Positions 27,035-35,596 of a stretch of 64,000 bases of DNA are shown here, piece by piece. This DNA comes from Candidatus Latescibacterota bacterium (GTDB lineage Bacteria > Latescibacterota > UBA2968 > UBA8231). How positions within the stretch are numbered: the stretch's first letter is position 1; every line of letters starts with the position of its first letter. The notes below the pieces were generated by a model. The model saw nothing but the letters and a program-made list of their open reading frames with translations, was not told the DNA's origin and did no database searches. The stretch spans positions 4,352,001 to 4,416,000 of the forward strand of contig CBDCDC010000002.1 in the NCBI GenBank assembly GCA_965215195.1, written 5' to 3'. A program made the position numbers and the translations under genes.

Positions 27035-28699
27035 CTAGTGGGGGCTGGCGTCTAAGGCGTCCAACTGCTCTTCAAACACGACAACTCTATCGGCGTACTG
27101 ATCCCTGAGCCGGGCGAACAAGTCGTTGAAGAGGGCCTTTTCTTGCTGCTTCTGCACCCACCACCGCGCCCGCGAAGCCGCCTGCGCAAAGGGCGTGGGA
27201 CGCGGGGGAATGCGTTCCTGCACCGCGAATATTGAATAGCCTTCGTCGAGGGCCACAGGGCCGGTGAGCACTCCCACCGGCGCGGCGACCACCGAATCGT
27301 AGAGGGCACCGAAAACCCGCCGCTCGGAGGGATGATTGTGGATGTGGTATTGCCCGCCCTCGGCATCCGTGCGGATCGTGTGGCGGGCGGCCAGCGCTTC
27401 TAGGCGTTCGCCAGCGCGGATCCGCTGCAAGAGCTGGTCCGCCTCGGCCCGGGTCGCTACCAACACCTCTGCCACCCGAATCTCTTCCAGTTCCATGAAC
27501 ATTTGCGGATGATCGTCGTAGTACTGGCGGGCCATGGTGCTATCGACTTCGGTTCGCTGCACGACGTCCTCTCTGCGAAGGGCTTCGAGCAGCAGCGATT
27601 TTTCCTTTTCCTGCAACCAAGCCGCTATGGTCGAATCTTGGTCCAAGCCTTCCTGCAACGCCGCTTGATAGACGAGGGTCCGCGGCAACAGGTCCCGGTG
27701 GACGAACTCGGCAATTCCGCTGCTGTCGAAGGAGACCGAGCGGATGAACCAATAGGCGTTATAGGTTTCGGCGAAATCCCGCAGCGTCACCTGCCCGCCC
27801 TCGAAGCGGCAGAGGATCACTTCCTGCTCTTCGGGACCCAGCAGCATCCCCCGGCCATCGGATTCGGCCATCCTATCGACCAGCAAGCGGATCGCCTCGC
27901 CGTCCAGCCGGGCGTTTAGTCGGTCTTTGAGCTGGGCGGTCAGCTCATTCCAGCGGGTGCGAAACTCATTCCAGTACTGCTCGCGCAAGAAGGCCGCTCG
28001 GTAGTGAGTAGGGGCCGGGCCTTCGGACAGCACTTTGAAAATCTCGTAGTGTTCCCCCACGAGTAAGGGCTGGCTCAAGTCTCCAACCTGTAGGTCGAAT
28101 ACCTGCTCCCCCACTTCTATGGGCAGGCCCATCTCCTCCAAGTTGCCGCGCCCGTACCAAACATCGAGCACCCCGCCGTGGGCGGCGGTCGGCGCGATAG
28201 AACGCCCGCGGGCCACCGCGGCAAAATCCCGCCCCTGCTCCAAGTCGCGCATGGCCTTTTGGGCTTGGGCCGCGCTAGCAGTGCGAATATGGGCCAAGCG
28301 CAACATCCGATTCCACTTGCTCGTCGCAAAACCCTGCCGCATGTCTTCCACTGCGAGATCTACATCCGCGAGGATGGTCCGCACGGCGTACTCGTCGACC
28401 AGTTTTTTGCGCCGTTCCCGCTCCCATTGGCGCACGAACTCCACGGTCTGATCCAGCCGCCGTTCCCGCGCTTCGAGGAGCATTAGCTTCATGTCGATCA
28501 TCGTCTGCAAGTAGAAACGCCACGCCGCGACCCCCTCTTCGGGGTCGCGGTAGTTGGCGGTGGATTCTTCGCGGAACTGGCGCAATGCTGCCAGCTCGAT
28601 CGCTTCGTCGCCTACCTTGGCGACCACGTCGCCATCCACATCGCATCCACTCCACCACAGTGCCGCGAGTGCGGCGCCCACAACGGCCCGAGCGAGCAT
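27035..28699 (-). CDS. SurA/PrsA-like PpiC-type peptidyl-prolyl isomerase lipoprotein
   Basis: WSGC lipobox, VVAKVGDEAI, and two parvulin-like domains (LAHI...FAAVARGRS...GG; LEALAARHT...GPV). Confidence 0.75.
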   Translation of the reverse strand: MLARAVVGAALAALWWSGCDVDGDVVAKVGDEAIELAALRQFREESTANYRDPEEGVAAWRFYLQTMIDMKLMLLEARERRLDQTVEFVRQWERERRKKLVDEYAVRTILADVDLAVEDMRQGFATSKWNRMLRLAHIRTASAAQAQKAMRDLEQGRDFAAVARGRSIAPTAAHGGVLDVWYGRGNLEEMGLPIEVGEQVFDLQVGDLSQPLLVGEHYEIFKVLSEGPAPTHYRAAFLREQYWNEFRTRWNELTAQLKDRLNARLDGEAIRLLVDRMAESDGRGMLLGPEEQEVILCRFEGGQVTLRDFAETYNAYWFIRSVSFDSSGIAEFVHRDLLPRTLVYQAALQEGLDQDSTIAAWLQEKEKSLLLEALRREDVVQRTEVDSTMARQYYDDHPQMFMELEEIRVAEVLVATRAEADQLLQRIRAGERLEALAARHTIRTDAEGGQYHIHNHPSERRVFGALYDSVVAAPVGVLTGPVALDEGYSIFAVQERIPPRPTPFAQAASRARWWVQKQQEKALFNDLFARLRDQYADRVVVFEEQLDALDASPH

Positions 28700-29491
28700 T
28701 TAGAGTTCCTCGGCGCGGCGGTGCTTGGCCAAGTACACTTCGCGTGTAAATGGGTAGGCGATGTCTATGGTCTCCACCGGCTGATCTCGGTAGTCGAAGC
28801 GCAGTACCATCTCGGCGATCCGCACTTCAAACGCTTCGACATCGTTGGCCAGCGGGGCGAAGGCAACAAAGCCTTCGCGCTCTTGACCGCTGAAGATCAT
28901 CTCGTCTGCTGGATACAAGGTGCGGGTCAGCAGATCGCGCCGTTCGCGGAAGGGGAGGAAGGTATTGCCCGCATAGCCTATGGCATACGGGGCAAAGTAC
29001 TCGTCTAGCGCCAGCCGGGTGAAGGCTTGATAGCGCCGGCCATTGGTGCTGGCGATCTCTATGGCGTAGGGATTGAGCCACACCTTGGGGTACGCGTAGT
29101 TTTTGACCTTGAGCAGAAAAACCGTAAAGCGGGTGGGATGCTCCTCTTCCCACCCCGGTTTCCAGTCGCCATAGGTGTAGGGATTGACCGGCGCGAGATA
29201 GGGGTTGGGCTCGTGAAAGCCCTCTGGCCGCTGCGAGTGGCTGCTTAGCTGCCGGTTGAGCATAGCCACGGTCAGGGGCAACAAACTCACCTCCAAGCGG
29301 TCTTTGACAAAGGTGATGCTGTGGTCGTCGCGGACGACCAAATCCGCGGCTGCCAAATCCGCGGCCGGCAATATGGGTCCGGCAAAGTGGCGATAGCCCA
29401 ATTTGTGTCCGCATCCTCCGGCGAGCAGGGCGGCGCACAGCAATGTGCTCAAGGGCCGTGAGCGGCTTATGATAAAATTGGGTTTAGGCAT
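28700..29491 (-). CDS. Hypothetical lipoprotein
   Basis: LAGGC lipobox. Abuts the PPIase gene in the same operon. Confidence 0.65.
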   Translation of the reverse strand: MPKPNFIISRSRPLSTLLCAALLAGGCGHKLGYRHFAGPILPAADLAAADLVVRDDHSITFVKDRLEVSLLPLTVAMLNRQLSSHSQRPEGFHEPNPYLAPVNPYTYGDWKPGWEEEHPTRFTVFLLKVKNYAYPKVWLNPYAIEIASTNGRRYQAFTRLALDEYFAPYAIGYAGNTFLPFRERRDLLTRTLYPADEMIFSGQEREGFVAFAPLANDVEAFEVRIAEMVLRFDYRDQPVETIDIAYPFTREVYLAKHRRAEEL

Positions 29492-29565
29492 GATTTGGCT
29501 TTCCTTTTAAATTGCTACCAAGTCGCGTTGCTCTTACTCAAGGCTGCTCAGGCACTGGTTGGCAA

Positions 29566-29955
29566 TTACCACGGGGAGTTCACCTCTATGAATGGGGCTT
29601 GCGGATGGTTAGTACCTACTCTGGGTTTCCATTTATAAGCCAAGTACGCTTCCACACCGTTGCGGTACTCCTCGGGAACTGTTGCCCAAGTTACATAGAG
29701 ATCCAGATATTCAAACTCCTGAATCTCCGGATCCTTCCTATGGACATCTATGCGTTCCTTGATATTCCCTTGGCCAACGTATACCACCGCAGGATTTGGC
29801 CCCCCGTGCCAAATTATATAGACACCAGAGACATCCTTATCGAAATACTCATGGTTCAGGTTTACAAAATTAAGCTTGCACCAGACATCACCCCAGCATC
29901 TCATCCATTCCAACTCCGGCGATAGTTCGTGCTCTTGAAGAAGTCTCTCGTTCAT
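29566..29955 (-). CDS. Small GIY-YIG-like protein
   Basis: SGVYIIW...VVYVGQG.IKERI..H...VEAYL...P..N pattern. RBS GGAGG. Confidence 0.6.
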   Translation of the reverse strand: MNERLLQEHELSPELEWMRCWGDVWCKLNFVNLNHEYFDKDVSGVYIIWHGGPNPAVVYVGQGNIKERIDVHRKDPEIQEFEYLDLYVTWATVPEEYRNGVEAYLAYKWKPRVGTNHPQAPFIEVNSPW

Positions 29956-29971
29956 CTTTTACCTCCTAAAG

Positions 29972-30907
29972 TTATTGTGGTTCGTCAGGGTATCGTAGGA
30001 GTTGGTCGGGTTGCGATACTTGTGCGAAGTAACTTGCTAGCACCAGATTGCAAGTAGTCTCAATGTGATGGAATATAGCCTTTGTGTCCGGTTCAGTCGC
30101 TTGATTACGAACCATGTCACATACCTGTTTCTGTGAGTCAATCGCCTCGGAAATCCTATGCCTATTGCGCCCAACAAAAATTTCGGCTTTAGCTTGTGGT
30201 GACAAGCTGGTGAGAAGTTGGCCAAGCAGAAAAAATGTATCATCAACGGCCTCTCCTACCTTCACTATTGAACTTGCTGGAGCAATTTGGAAGTAGTTGC
30301 CTTGCGCCATTTCGTCGGAAAAGTAATCACGCAACTCGATACACTTTAATTGAAGGTCTCTGACAATTCTTTGGAAACGTGCGTTCAATGGTCCCCTGTC
30401 CTCGTCAGTGGACCTCCCACCGGGTGTACCTTGGTATGTATCCGCAAGATCCGGCATAATTCCGTCAAGATCAGATCGAGAGGTATCGAATTTTGCGGCA
30501 ATATCTTCAAGCCGTTTTTGGGCATCGAAACTGAAGAGACGCGAAACATGATATGAAAGGCGTCGAGAAGTTACTTTTGCAATCATGATCCCTACCACTG
30601 CAAGTCCTATGAGGACTTCTATGCAGATGAGAACCTTCGAGAATCCCATCGGGTGCATGTCACCGTACCCCAACGAGGAGATCGTGACGATACTGAAGTA
30701 TATGCCTGTGGGGATGTCTGTGGGAAATGCAATATCAGGAAGCGGCTTAAGATCTCGCCCAATACCATGCCCTATTGGGGTGAGTAGGGTATAAGCAATC
30801 CCAAAGAGGATGACCGTCGCGGCGAAAAATACCATATACCGGAGCAAGCTGACGTCCTCTACCAGAAAGACGAGTACCCTTTTGATACTTCTCTTGATTT
30901 TAGGCAA
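29972..30907 (-). CDS. Two-TM potassium-channel-domain protein with a helical cytoplasmic tail
   Basis: TM - YFSIVTISSLGYGDMHP (GYGD filter) - TM. TTG start with GAGG RBS. Confidence 0.82.
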   Translation of the reverse strand: MPKIKRSIKRVLVFLVEDVSLLRYMVFFAATVILFGIAYTLLTPIGHGIGRDLKPLPDIAFPTDIPTGIYFSIVTISSLGYGDMHPMGFSKVLICIEVLIGLAVVGIMIAKVTSRRLSYHVSRLFSFDAQKRLEDIAAKFDTSRSDLDGIMPDLADTYQGTPGGRSTDEDRGPLNARFQRIVRDLQLKCIELRDYFSDEMAQGNYFQIAPASSIVKVGEAVDDTFFLLGQLLTSLSPQAKAEIFVGRNRHRISEAIDSQKQVCDMVRNQATEPDTKAIFHHIETTCNLVLASYFAQVSQPDQLLRYPDEPQ

Positions 30908-31135
30908 AATAACCTCTCTTCACTTCTTCACTTCCGTTAATTTACGTGCCTCGGCAACTCTGTCTAAATCGTAAGTTGATTGCATGCGGAAGAACACGCA
31001 CAAAATAGACCTAACCGTCGAAAGACATTTGCTTGGCTGCTCAAATACCGGGCCATGCCAGAGACTACGAGGGTCGGGTTGTCTGTGCTATTTTCGCACA
31101 GGGCTAACCCCATGCTGAAAAAGGCTCATTGTGCT

Positions 31136-33235
31136 CTAGTACGCCACGGCCACCGGCTGCAACCGCACCGCTCGCCCCTTATCCGTTTCCACTTCCACAC
31201 GCGCCAAGTACACGCCTATGGGGACCCGTTGCCCAGCCGCGTCCCGGCCATCCCAGAGGACCGCATGGCGTCCTGCGCCCTGCACATTTGGCGGTGCTTG
31301 CCACACGGATCGCCCGTCAAGTCCATACACGCCGACTTGCACTTGGGACGACTCCCGCACCCGAAAGAGGGTGTATTGTATGGACAACAGATCGTTTACG
31401 CCGTCGCCTTGGGGGGTAAATGCGCCGCTACCCGCCTCGATGTCGCCCAGCACTCCGCCCGTGGAGGCGGCAGACGCCACGACGAGCAACTGGTTGGAGC
31501 CTAGTTCCGCGCTGACGTCGCCCCCTTCGATGCGCTGCAACAAGCTCGGCTCGCGGCGGTTGAAGACCTCGCCGCCAAATTCGCCGGCTTCGCCGTACAG
31601 CACGGCTTCAAGGCCGATGCGCAGTCGCTGGTCGCCGCTGGGATGCAAGGGGCGCGGCAAGAATACGACAAAGCCGCTTTCTTCGCGTAGCAGGCTATCC
31701 GGCTCTACCGGGCTAAGTGGATCGCCCATCTCCAGATAGCCAAATGCAGCTTCGGCCGGTGCTGAGATGCGCACGGCGTCGCAGCCGATGCGGTCCGCGC
31801 TGGCAAACTCCACGCCGAGGTCGTACGTGAACGGGGTTTGCTCGCCCGCTGGTACGCGCACTTGCCCGCCTTGGGGGTGGGGTTCTTCGGCGAGGACGAC
31901 TTCGCCCACGACCCGGTCGGCCAGCAGGGGCGCGATCTCGATTTGCAGGGAGTCGAGGCGGGCAAATTCCCACAGCGCATCCGTTGCTAGCCGGACGCGC
32001 AATTGGAAATACCGGCCCCACGGCAGGCGCGGATGCTGGCCCGAGTCCTCCAACGGCAGGGACCAGAAGCTCCAGTTTTGCAGATCTTCGGCCACCGGAC
32101 CGCGAAAGCCGACCGCCACGGTCGCGCCGCGCGTCTCTAGCGGTATCAGTCGATCCCATTGCTTCTTGGTCACCTCTACGTGGGCCCCTAAATCGTCAAA
32201 GCCAAAATAAGCGGTCGGGCTGTCGTCGCGACCCGTGCGGATTTCCACTTGGGCGCGGGTTGGGCCGTCGGACAGCAGGAGTTGCTCCCCGTCCTTGCGC
32301 CATTTGCTCACCGCCAAGCGCACCTGCCCGAAGTTGACCTCCCGCCCCAAGTCTATGATCTGCGACTCATAGGTCGCCTGCGGAGCGAACCCCCGGCCGT
32401 AGATTTCCATCTCGGCAAAGGCCGAGCGCGTGACGATGGGGTCGCCGTACAGGGTAAAGCCGTCGGGGATGGCGATTAGGCGGAAGAAGCGGAGGTTTTG
32501 TGCGGGAAACGCGACTTCGGTCACCGCGTCGGTGTTGCGTTCCTCGTAGGCGAGGGGGATGGCCAGCGGACAGCACGGCCCGTCGCCCCGCCAGACGAAC
32601 CCGCGCTCCAGCTCCTCTTGCAGAATGCCAGTCTCGGCTTTGGCGGCCGTCAGACTATAGGATTTGAGGATGTAATTGGGCCTGAAAGGCTCATCGCTTT
32701 CCGGGCTGACGCCTTCGGGAGGAAAAAAGACGAAGCGCTCTACCGGCACTTGGGTGCCCAAGTCTATGGTATAGAAAATCTGCTCTTGGTCTCGCCGCTC
32801 GATGTACGTGGCCGAGTCCCCATCGACAAAGAGGAAAATTTCCGTGGCTTGGTATAGCGTGTTGTGGTTGATGTCCGTCCAGAAGCGCGGATGGCCGGCG
32901 CGGAATTGCGGATCGGTGGGAAAGCGCCAGCGCTGCCAAGGGCCGAGCTGGGGCAAGATATTTTCGCGCGGATCGAGCTCAAAGGGCTGCAGTGCTTGGG
33001 AAGCGGCTGCGTCGTCTATCATCAGGCTGAAGTCCGCCACTTCTGCCGGCGAGACCCCGCCCTGCCCGCCGAACTGCCACCACTCTTGCGCCGCCCCGGG
33101 GCTGCATATTAGCGCGGCACAAGCCAACATTGCCCATCGCACCCGGCCCCCGTGTCGAGGCGAAAAGGGGTTCCCCGCTTCCGTGTAGGCTAGGGTTTGA
33201 GCGCGTTGTTTCACAGCAGACCTCCTCTTTTGCAA
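31136..33235 (-). CDS. Secreted protein with a FlgD/CHU_C-like C-terminal domain (paralog 1)
   Basis: FTPQGDGVND...WDGRDAAGQRVPIGVY...VAVAY. The true start may lie downstream of the track start. Confidence 0.75.
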   Translation of the reverse strand: MQKRRSAVKQRAQTLAYTEAGNPFSPRHGGRVRWAMLACAALICSPGAAQEWWQFGGQGGVSPAEVADFSLMIDDAAASQALQPFELDPRENILPQLGPWQRWRFPTDPQFRAGHPRFWTDINHNTLYQATEIFLFVDGDSATYIERRDQEQIFYTIDLGTQVPVERFVFFPPEGVSPESDEPFRPNYILKSYSLTAAKAETGILQEELERGFVWRGDGPCCPLAIPLAYEERNTDAVTEVAFPAQNLRFFRLIAIPDGFTLYGDPIVTRSAFAEMEIYGRGFAPQATYESQIIDLGREVNFGQVRLAVSKWRKDGEQLLLSDGPTRAQVEIRTGRDDSPTAYFGFDDLGAHVEVTKKQWDRLIPLETRGATVAVGFRGPVAEDLQNWSFWSLPLEDSGQHPRLPWGRYFQLRVRLATDALWEFARLDSLQIEIAPLLADRVVGEVVLAEEPHPQGGQVRVPAGEQTPFTYDLGVEFASADRIGCDAVRISAPAEAAFGYLEMGDPLSPVEPDSLLREESGFVVFLPRPLHPSGDQRLRIGLEAVLYGEAGEFGGEVFNRREPSLLQRIEGGDVSAELGSNQLLVVASAASTGGVLGDIEAGSGAFTPQGDGVNDLLSIQYTLFRVRESSQVQVGVYGLDGRSVWQAPPNVQGAGRHAVLWDGRDAAGQRVPIGVYLARVEVETDKGRAVRLQPVAVAY

Positions 33236-33502
33236 CGGCCATGCAAGTTCGCCAGAGCGCAGTGTATGTCGTCGGGCGATTGGACATATACCGTCTGCAA
33301 CCCGGCGGCAGCGGCACCAGCGATATTTTCCTTGGTGTCGTCGAAGAACAAGATGTTTGCGTACGCCACGTCAATGTCGGCAGCGACGGCGTCAAAGGCC
33401 CGCCGCTCGGGCTTGCGCCGGCCGAGATCGGAGGAGACGAAGACTTTGTCGATCAATCTCGATCACCACGCCGCCGAGGTCGAATAACAGGGCCTTGACC
33501 AT
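33211..33502 (-). pseudogene. Internally deleted, frameshifted HAD-family phosphatase (YihX-like)
   Basis: ATG at 33502 gives MVKALLFDLGGVVIEID (motif I). It is joined out of frame to IDKVFVSSDLGRRKP...FFDDTKENI (motifs III/IV). The cap and motif II are missing. Confidence 0.8.
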
Positions 33503-33503
33503 C

Positions 33504-34769
33504 TCAGGTTTTGCGCTCCTTTTTCTTGGCCGCCGGGAAGAGCACGTTGTTCAGAATTAGCCGGTAGCCAGGCGAATTGGGGTGCAGGGCGAGGTTGGTC
33601 GGCGGGTCGTGGACGTGGTGCTTGTGGTCTTCCGGGTCGTGGCCGGCGTAGAAGGTGAAGGTGCCCTTGCCGACGCGGCCGTGGATGTACTTGACGCTAT
33701 CGGTGCCCTCTTCTTGGCCGAGGAGGATGACCGAGTCTTTGATCAGGGCTTGGCGGAAGGCCGTAGTCTGACCGAGGAAGCCATCGACGATGTTGGTGTG
33801 GCACTGGGTGAGCATCGTTGGCACCGGGTCGTATTTGGCGGAGAACTCGAACAGCGTGAAATACTCGGCCTCGGCCGTGCGGACCCGGCGCATGTCGTTT
33901 GGCGTGGTGTCGATGTTTGAGAATTCGTACACGAGCGGGTTGGTTTCGAGCACAAAGTTCTCAAAGGCCACGGTGCGGCTGAAGTCGAGCTTGGCTTGGG
34001 CGTTGGGGTCGGCCGCGTCGCCGTCGAAAACCGCGTGGCATATATCCACGTTGAGCGCGGCGAGGGCAATGTCAAAGGTGTCGGTGGCCGAGCACATGGC
34101 GAAGAGGAAGCCCCCCGCCGCCATGTACTCGTAGATTTTGACGATCACGGCCTTCTTTTGCTCGGAGACCTTGGCGTAGCCGAGGCGGTGCGCCATCTGC
34201 TCGTACGCGGCCTGCTGTTCGCGATACCAAACCTGATTGCTGTAGGAGCCATAGAACTTGCCGTACTGGCCGGTGAAGTCCTCGTGGTGCAGGTGCAGCC
34301 AATCGTAGTTGTCGAGCGCGCCTTGGAGCACCTCGTCGTCCCAGATTTTTTCGTAGTCGATTTGGGCGTATTCCAGCGCGAGGGTCACCGCGTCGTCCCA
34401 AGGCTGTTTGTTGGGCGGCGTGTACACGGCGATCTTCGGCACCTTTTCCAAGCGCACGACTTCCATGTTGGATGCGTCGATCTCCGCGTAGATCTGGGCG
34501 GCTTGGGCCTCGGAGATGTGCGCGGTGCTGACGCCGCGGAGGACGGCTTCGCTGGCGATGAGGGCGTGTGCTTCAACGAGGAATGCGCCGCCTCGGTAGT
34601 TGAGCAGCCACTCGACCGGAATGCCGCGCTCCAAGGTCCAGAAAGCGAGGCCATAGGCCCGCAGATGGTCGCGCTGGGAGGTGTCCATGGGCACGAGGAG
34701 CCGCTCGGCGCGGGCCGGGAGGAGGGCGAGGGTGCAAAGGGCTAGGGCAAAGAGGATGGTCATGGTCAA
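33504..34769 (-). CDS. Conserved exported protein (FCB family often mislabelled asparagine synthetase B)
   Basis: Signal peptide; HLRAYG, WLLNYRGG, PWDDAVTLAL, WLHLHHEDFTGQYGKFY, FAMCSATD and GYRLILNN motifs. Confidence 0.75.
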   Translation of the reverse strand: MTMTILFALALCTLALLPARAERLLVPMDTSQRDHLRAYGLAFWTLERGIPVEWLLNYRGGAFLVEAHALIASEAVLRGVSTAHISEAQAAQIYAEIDASNMEVVRLEKVPKIAVYTPPNKQPWDDAVTLALEYAQIDYEKIWDDEVLQGALDNYDWLHLHHEDFTGQYGKFYGSYSNQVWYREQQAAYEQMAHRLGYAKVSEQKKAVIVKIYEYMAAGGFLFAMCSATDTFDIALAALNVDICHAVFDGDAADPNAQAKLDFSRTVAFENFVLETNPLVYEFSNIDTTPNDMRRVRTAEAEYFTLFEFSAKYDPVPTMLTQCHTNIVDGFLGQTTAFRQALIKDSVILLGQEEGTDSVKYIHGRVGKGTFTFYAGHDPEDHKHHVHDPPTNLALHPNSPGYRLILNNVLFPAAKKKERKT

Positions 34770-35596
34770 CCGCTTTCGCGCAGGTGGCGGAGTCGTTCGA
34801 TGCGCAGGCGCGCCTCAGGGGCGCGGGCGTCGTGCGGGTGCTGGAGGAGCGCGGTCTCGCAGGTCTTGAGGGCCTGTGCAATCGCGCCTTGGTGCTCGTA
34901 GATCGCGGCTAGGCCGAGATGGGCGGCGACGACGTGCTCGCCTTGGGGGAAGCGGGCAATTTGGCGCTGATATAGGGCCATAGCCTCGTCAAGACGACCT
35001 TGTTGTACGCGCAGTCCGGCGCAGACGAGCAAGCTCCACTCGACGAGGCCCGGTTCGGCGCGATCTTCGAGGGCGGCCCAGTGCGCGTCGGCCGCTGCGC
35101 TTTGTCCCTGTCGCTCTAGAAGCTGGGCGCGGCTGAGATCGGCGAGTCCCTCAGCCGCTGCGTGTTCTTCGCAGACGGCGAGCAGGGCGAGGACATCGTT
35201 GGCAAGGGCATGGCCCGGATCGGCTGCGCCTAAAGTGGCCAAGGCGGCCGTAGCTGCGGCAAAGTCGCCGCGGAAGTAGAGCAGTTCGGCGCGGTGATAG
35301 CGGGCCGCGTACGCAGCCGGGCCGCCGCGCTTTTCCAAGTCCGCCCAAAAGAGATCGGCGCGGTCCAGCTCGCCGAGGCGCAAGCTGCACTCGGCGATCA
35401 GCATCAGGGCCGACTCGGTCCACGGCCCGCGCTGCCGCGCTTCGACCACCGCTTGCAGAGCGGTATAAGCGCCTAGGGCGTCGCGTTCCAGCAATAGGCG
35501 CGCTTGCTCAACGGCTTGACTGAGCTCCGCCGAAACGTCGGCGGCGGCGGCGGTGCTGCACAGGCCGAGGGCGCAGATGAGGGTGGATATTTTCAT
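34766..35596 (-). CDS. Exported TPR protein
   Basis: ATG at 35596 overlaps the upstream stop (ATGA). Signal peptide and TPR-like helices. Confidence 0.7.
   Translation of the reverse strand: MKISTLICALGLCSTAAAADVSAELSQAVEQARLLLERDALGAYTALQAVVEARQRGPWTESALMLIAECSLRLGELDRADLFWADLEKRGGPAAYAARYHRAELLYFRGDFAAATAALATLGAADPGHALANDVLALLAVCEEHAAAEGLADLSRAQLLERQGQSAAADAHWAALEDRAEPGLVEWSLLVCAGLRVQQGRLDEAMALYQRQIARFPQGEHVVAAHLGLAAIYEHQGAIAQALKTCETALLQHPHDARAPEARLRIERLRHLRESG

Noticed and set aside
33504-34769. Asparagine synthetase / lasso cyclase function
   Set aside because: No N-terminal Ntn Cys domain or SGGLDS PP-loop, and it has a signal peptide.
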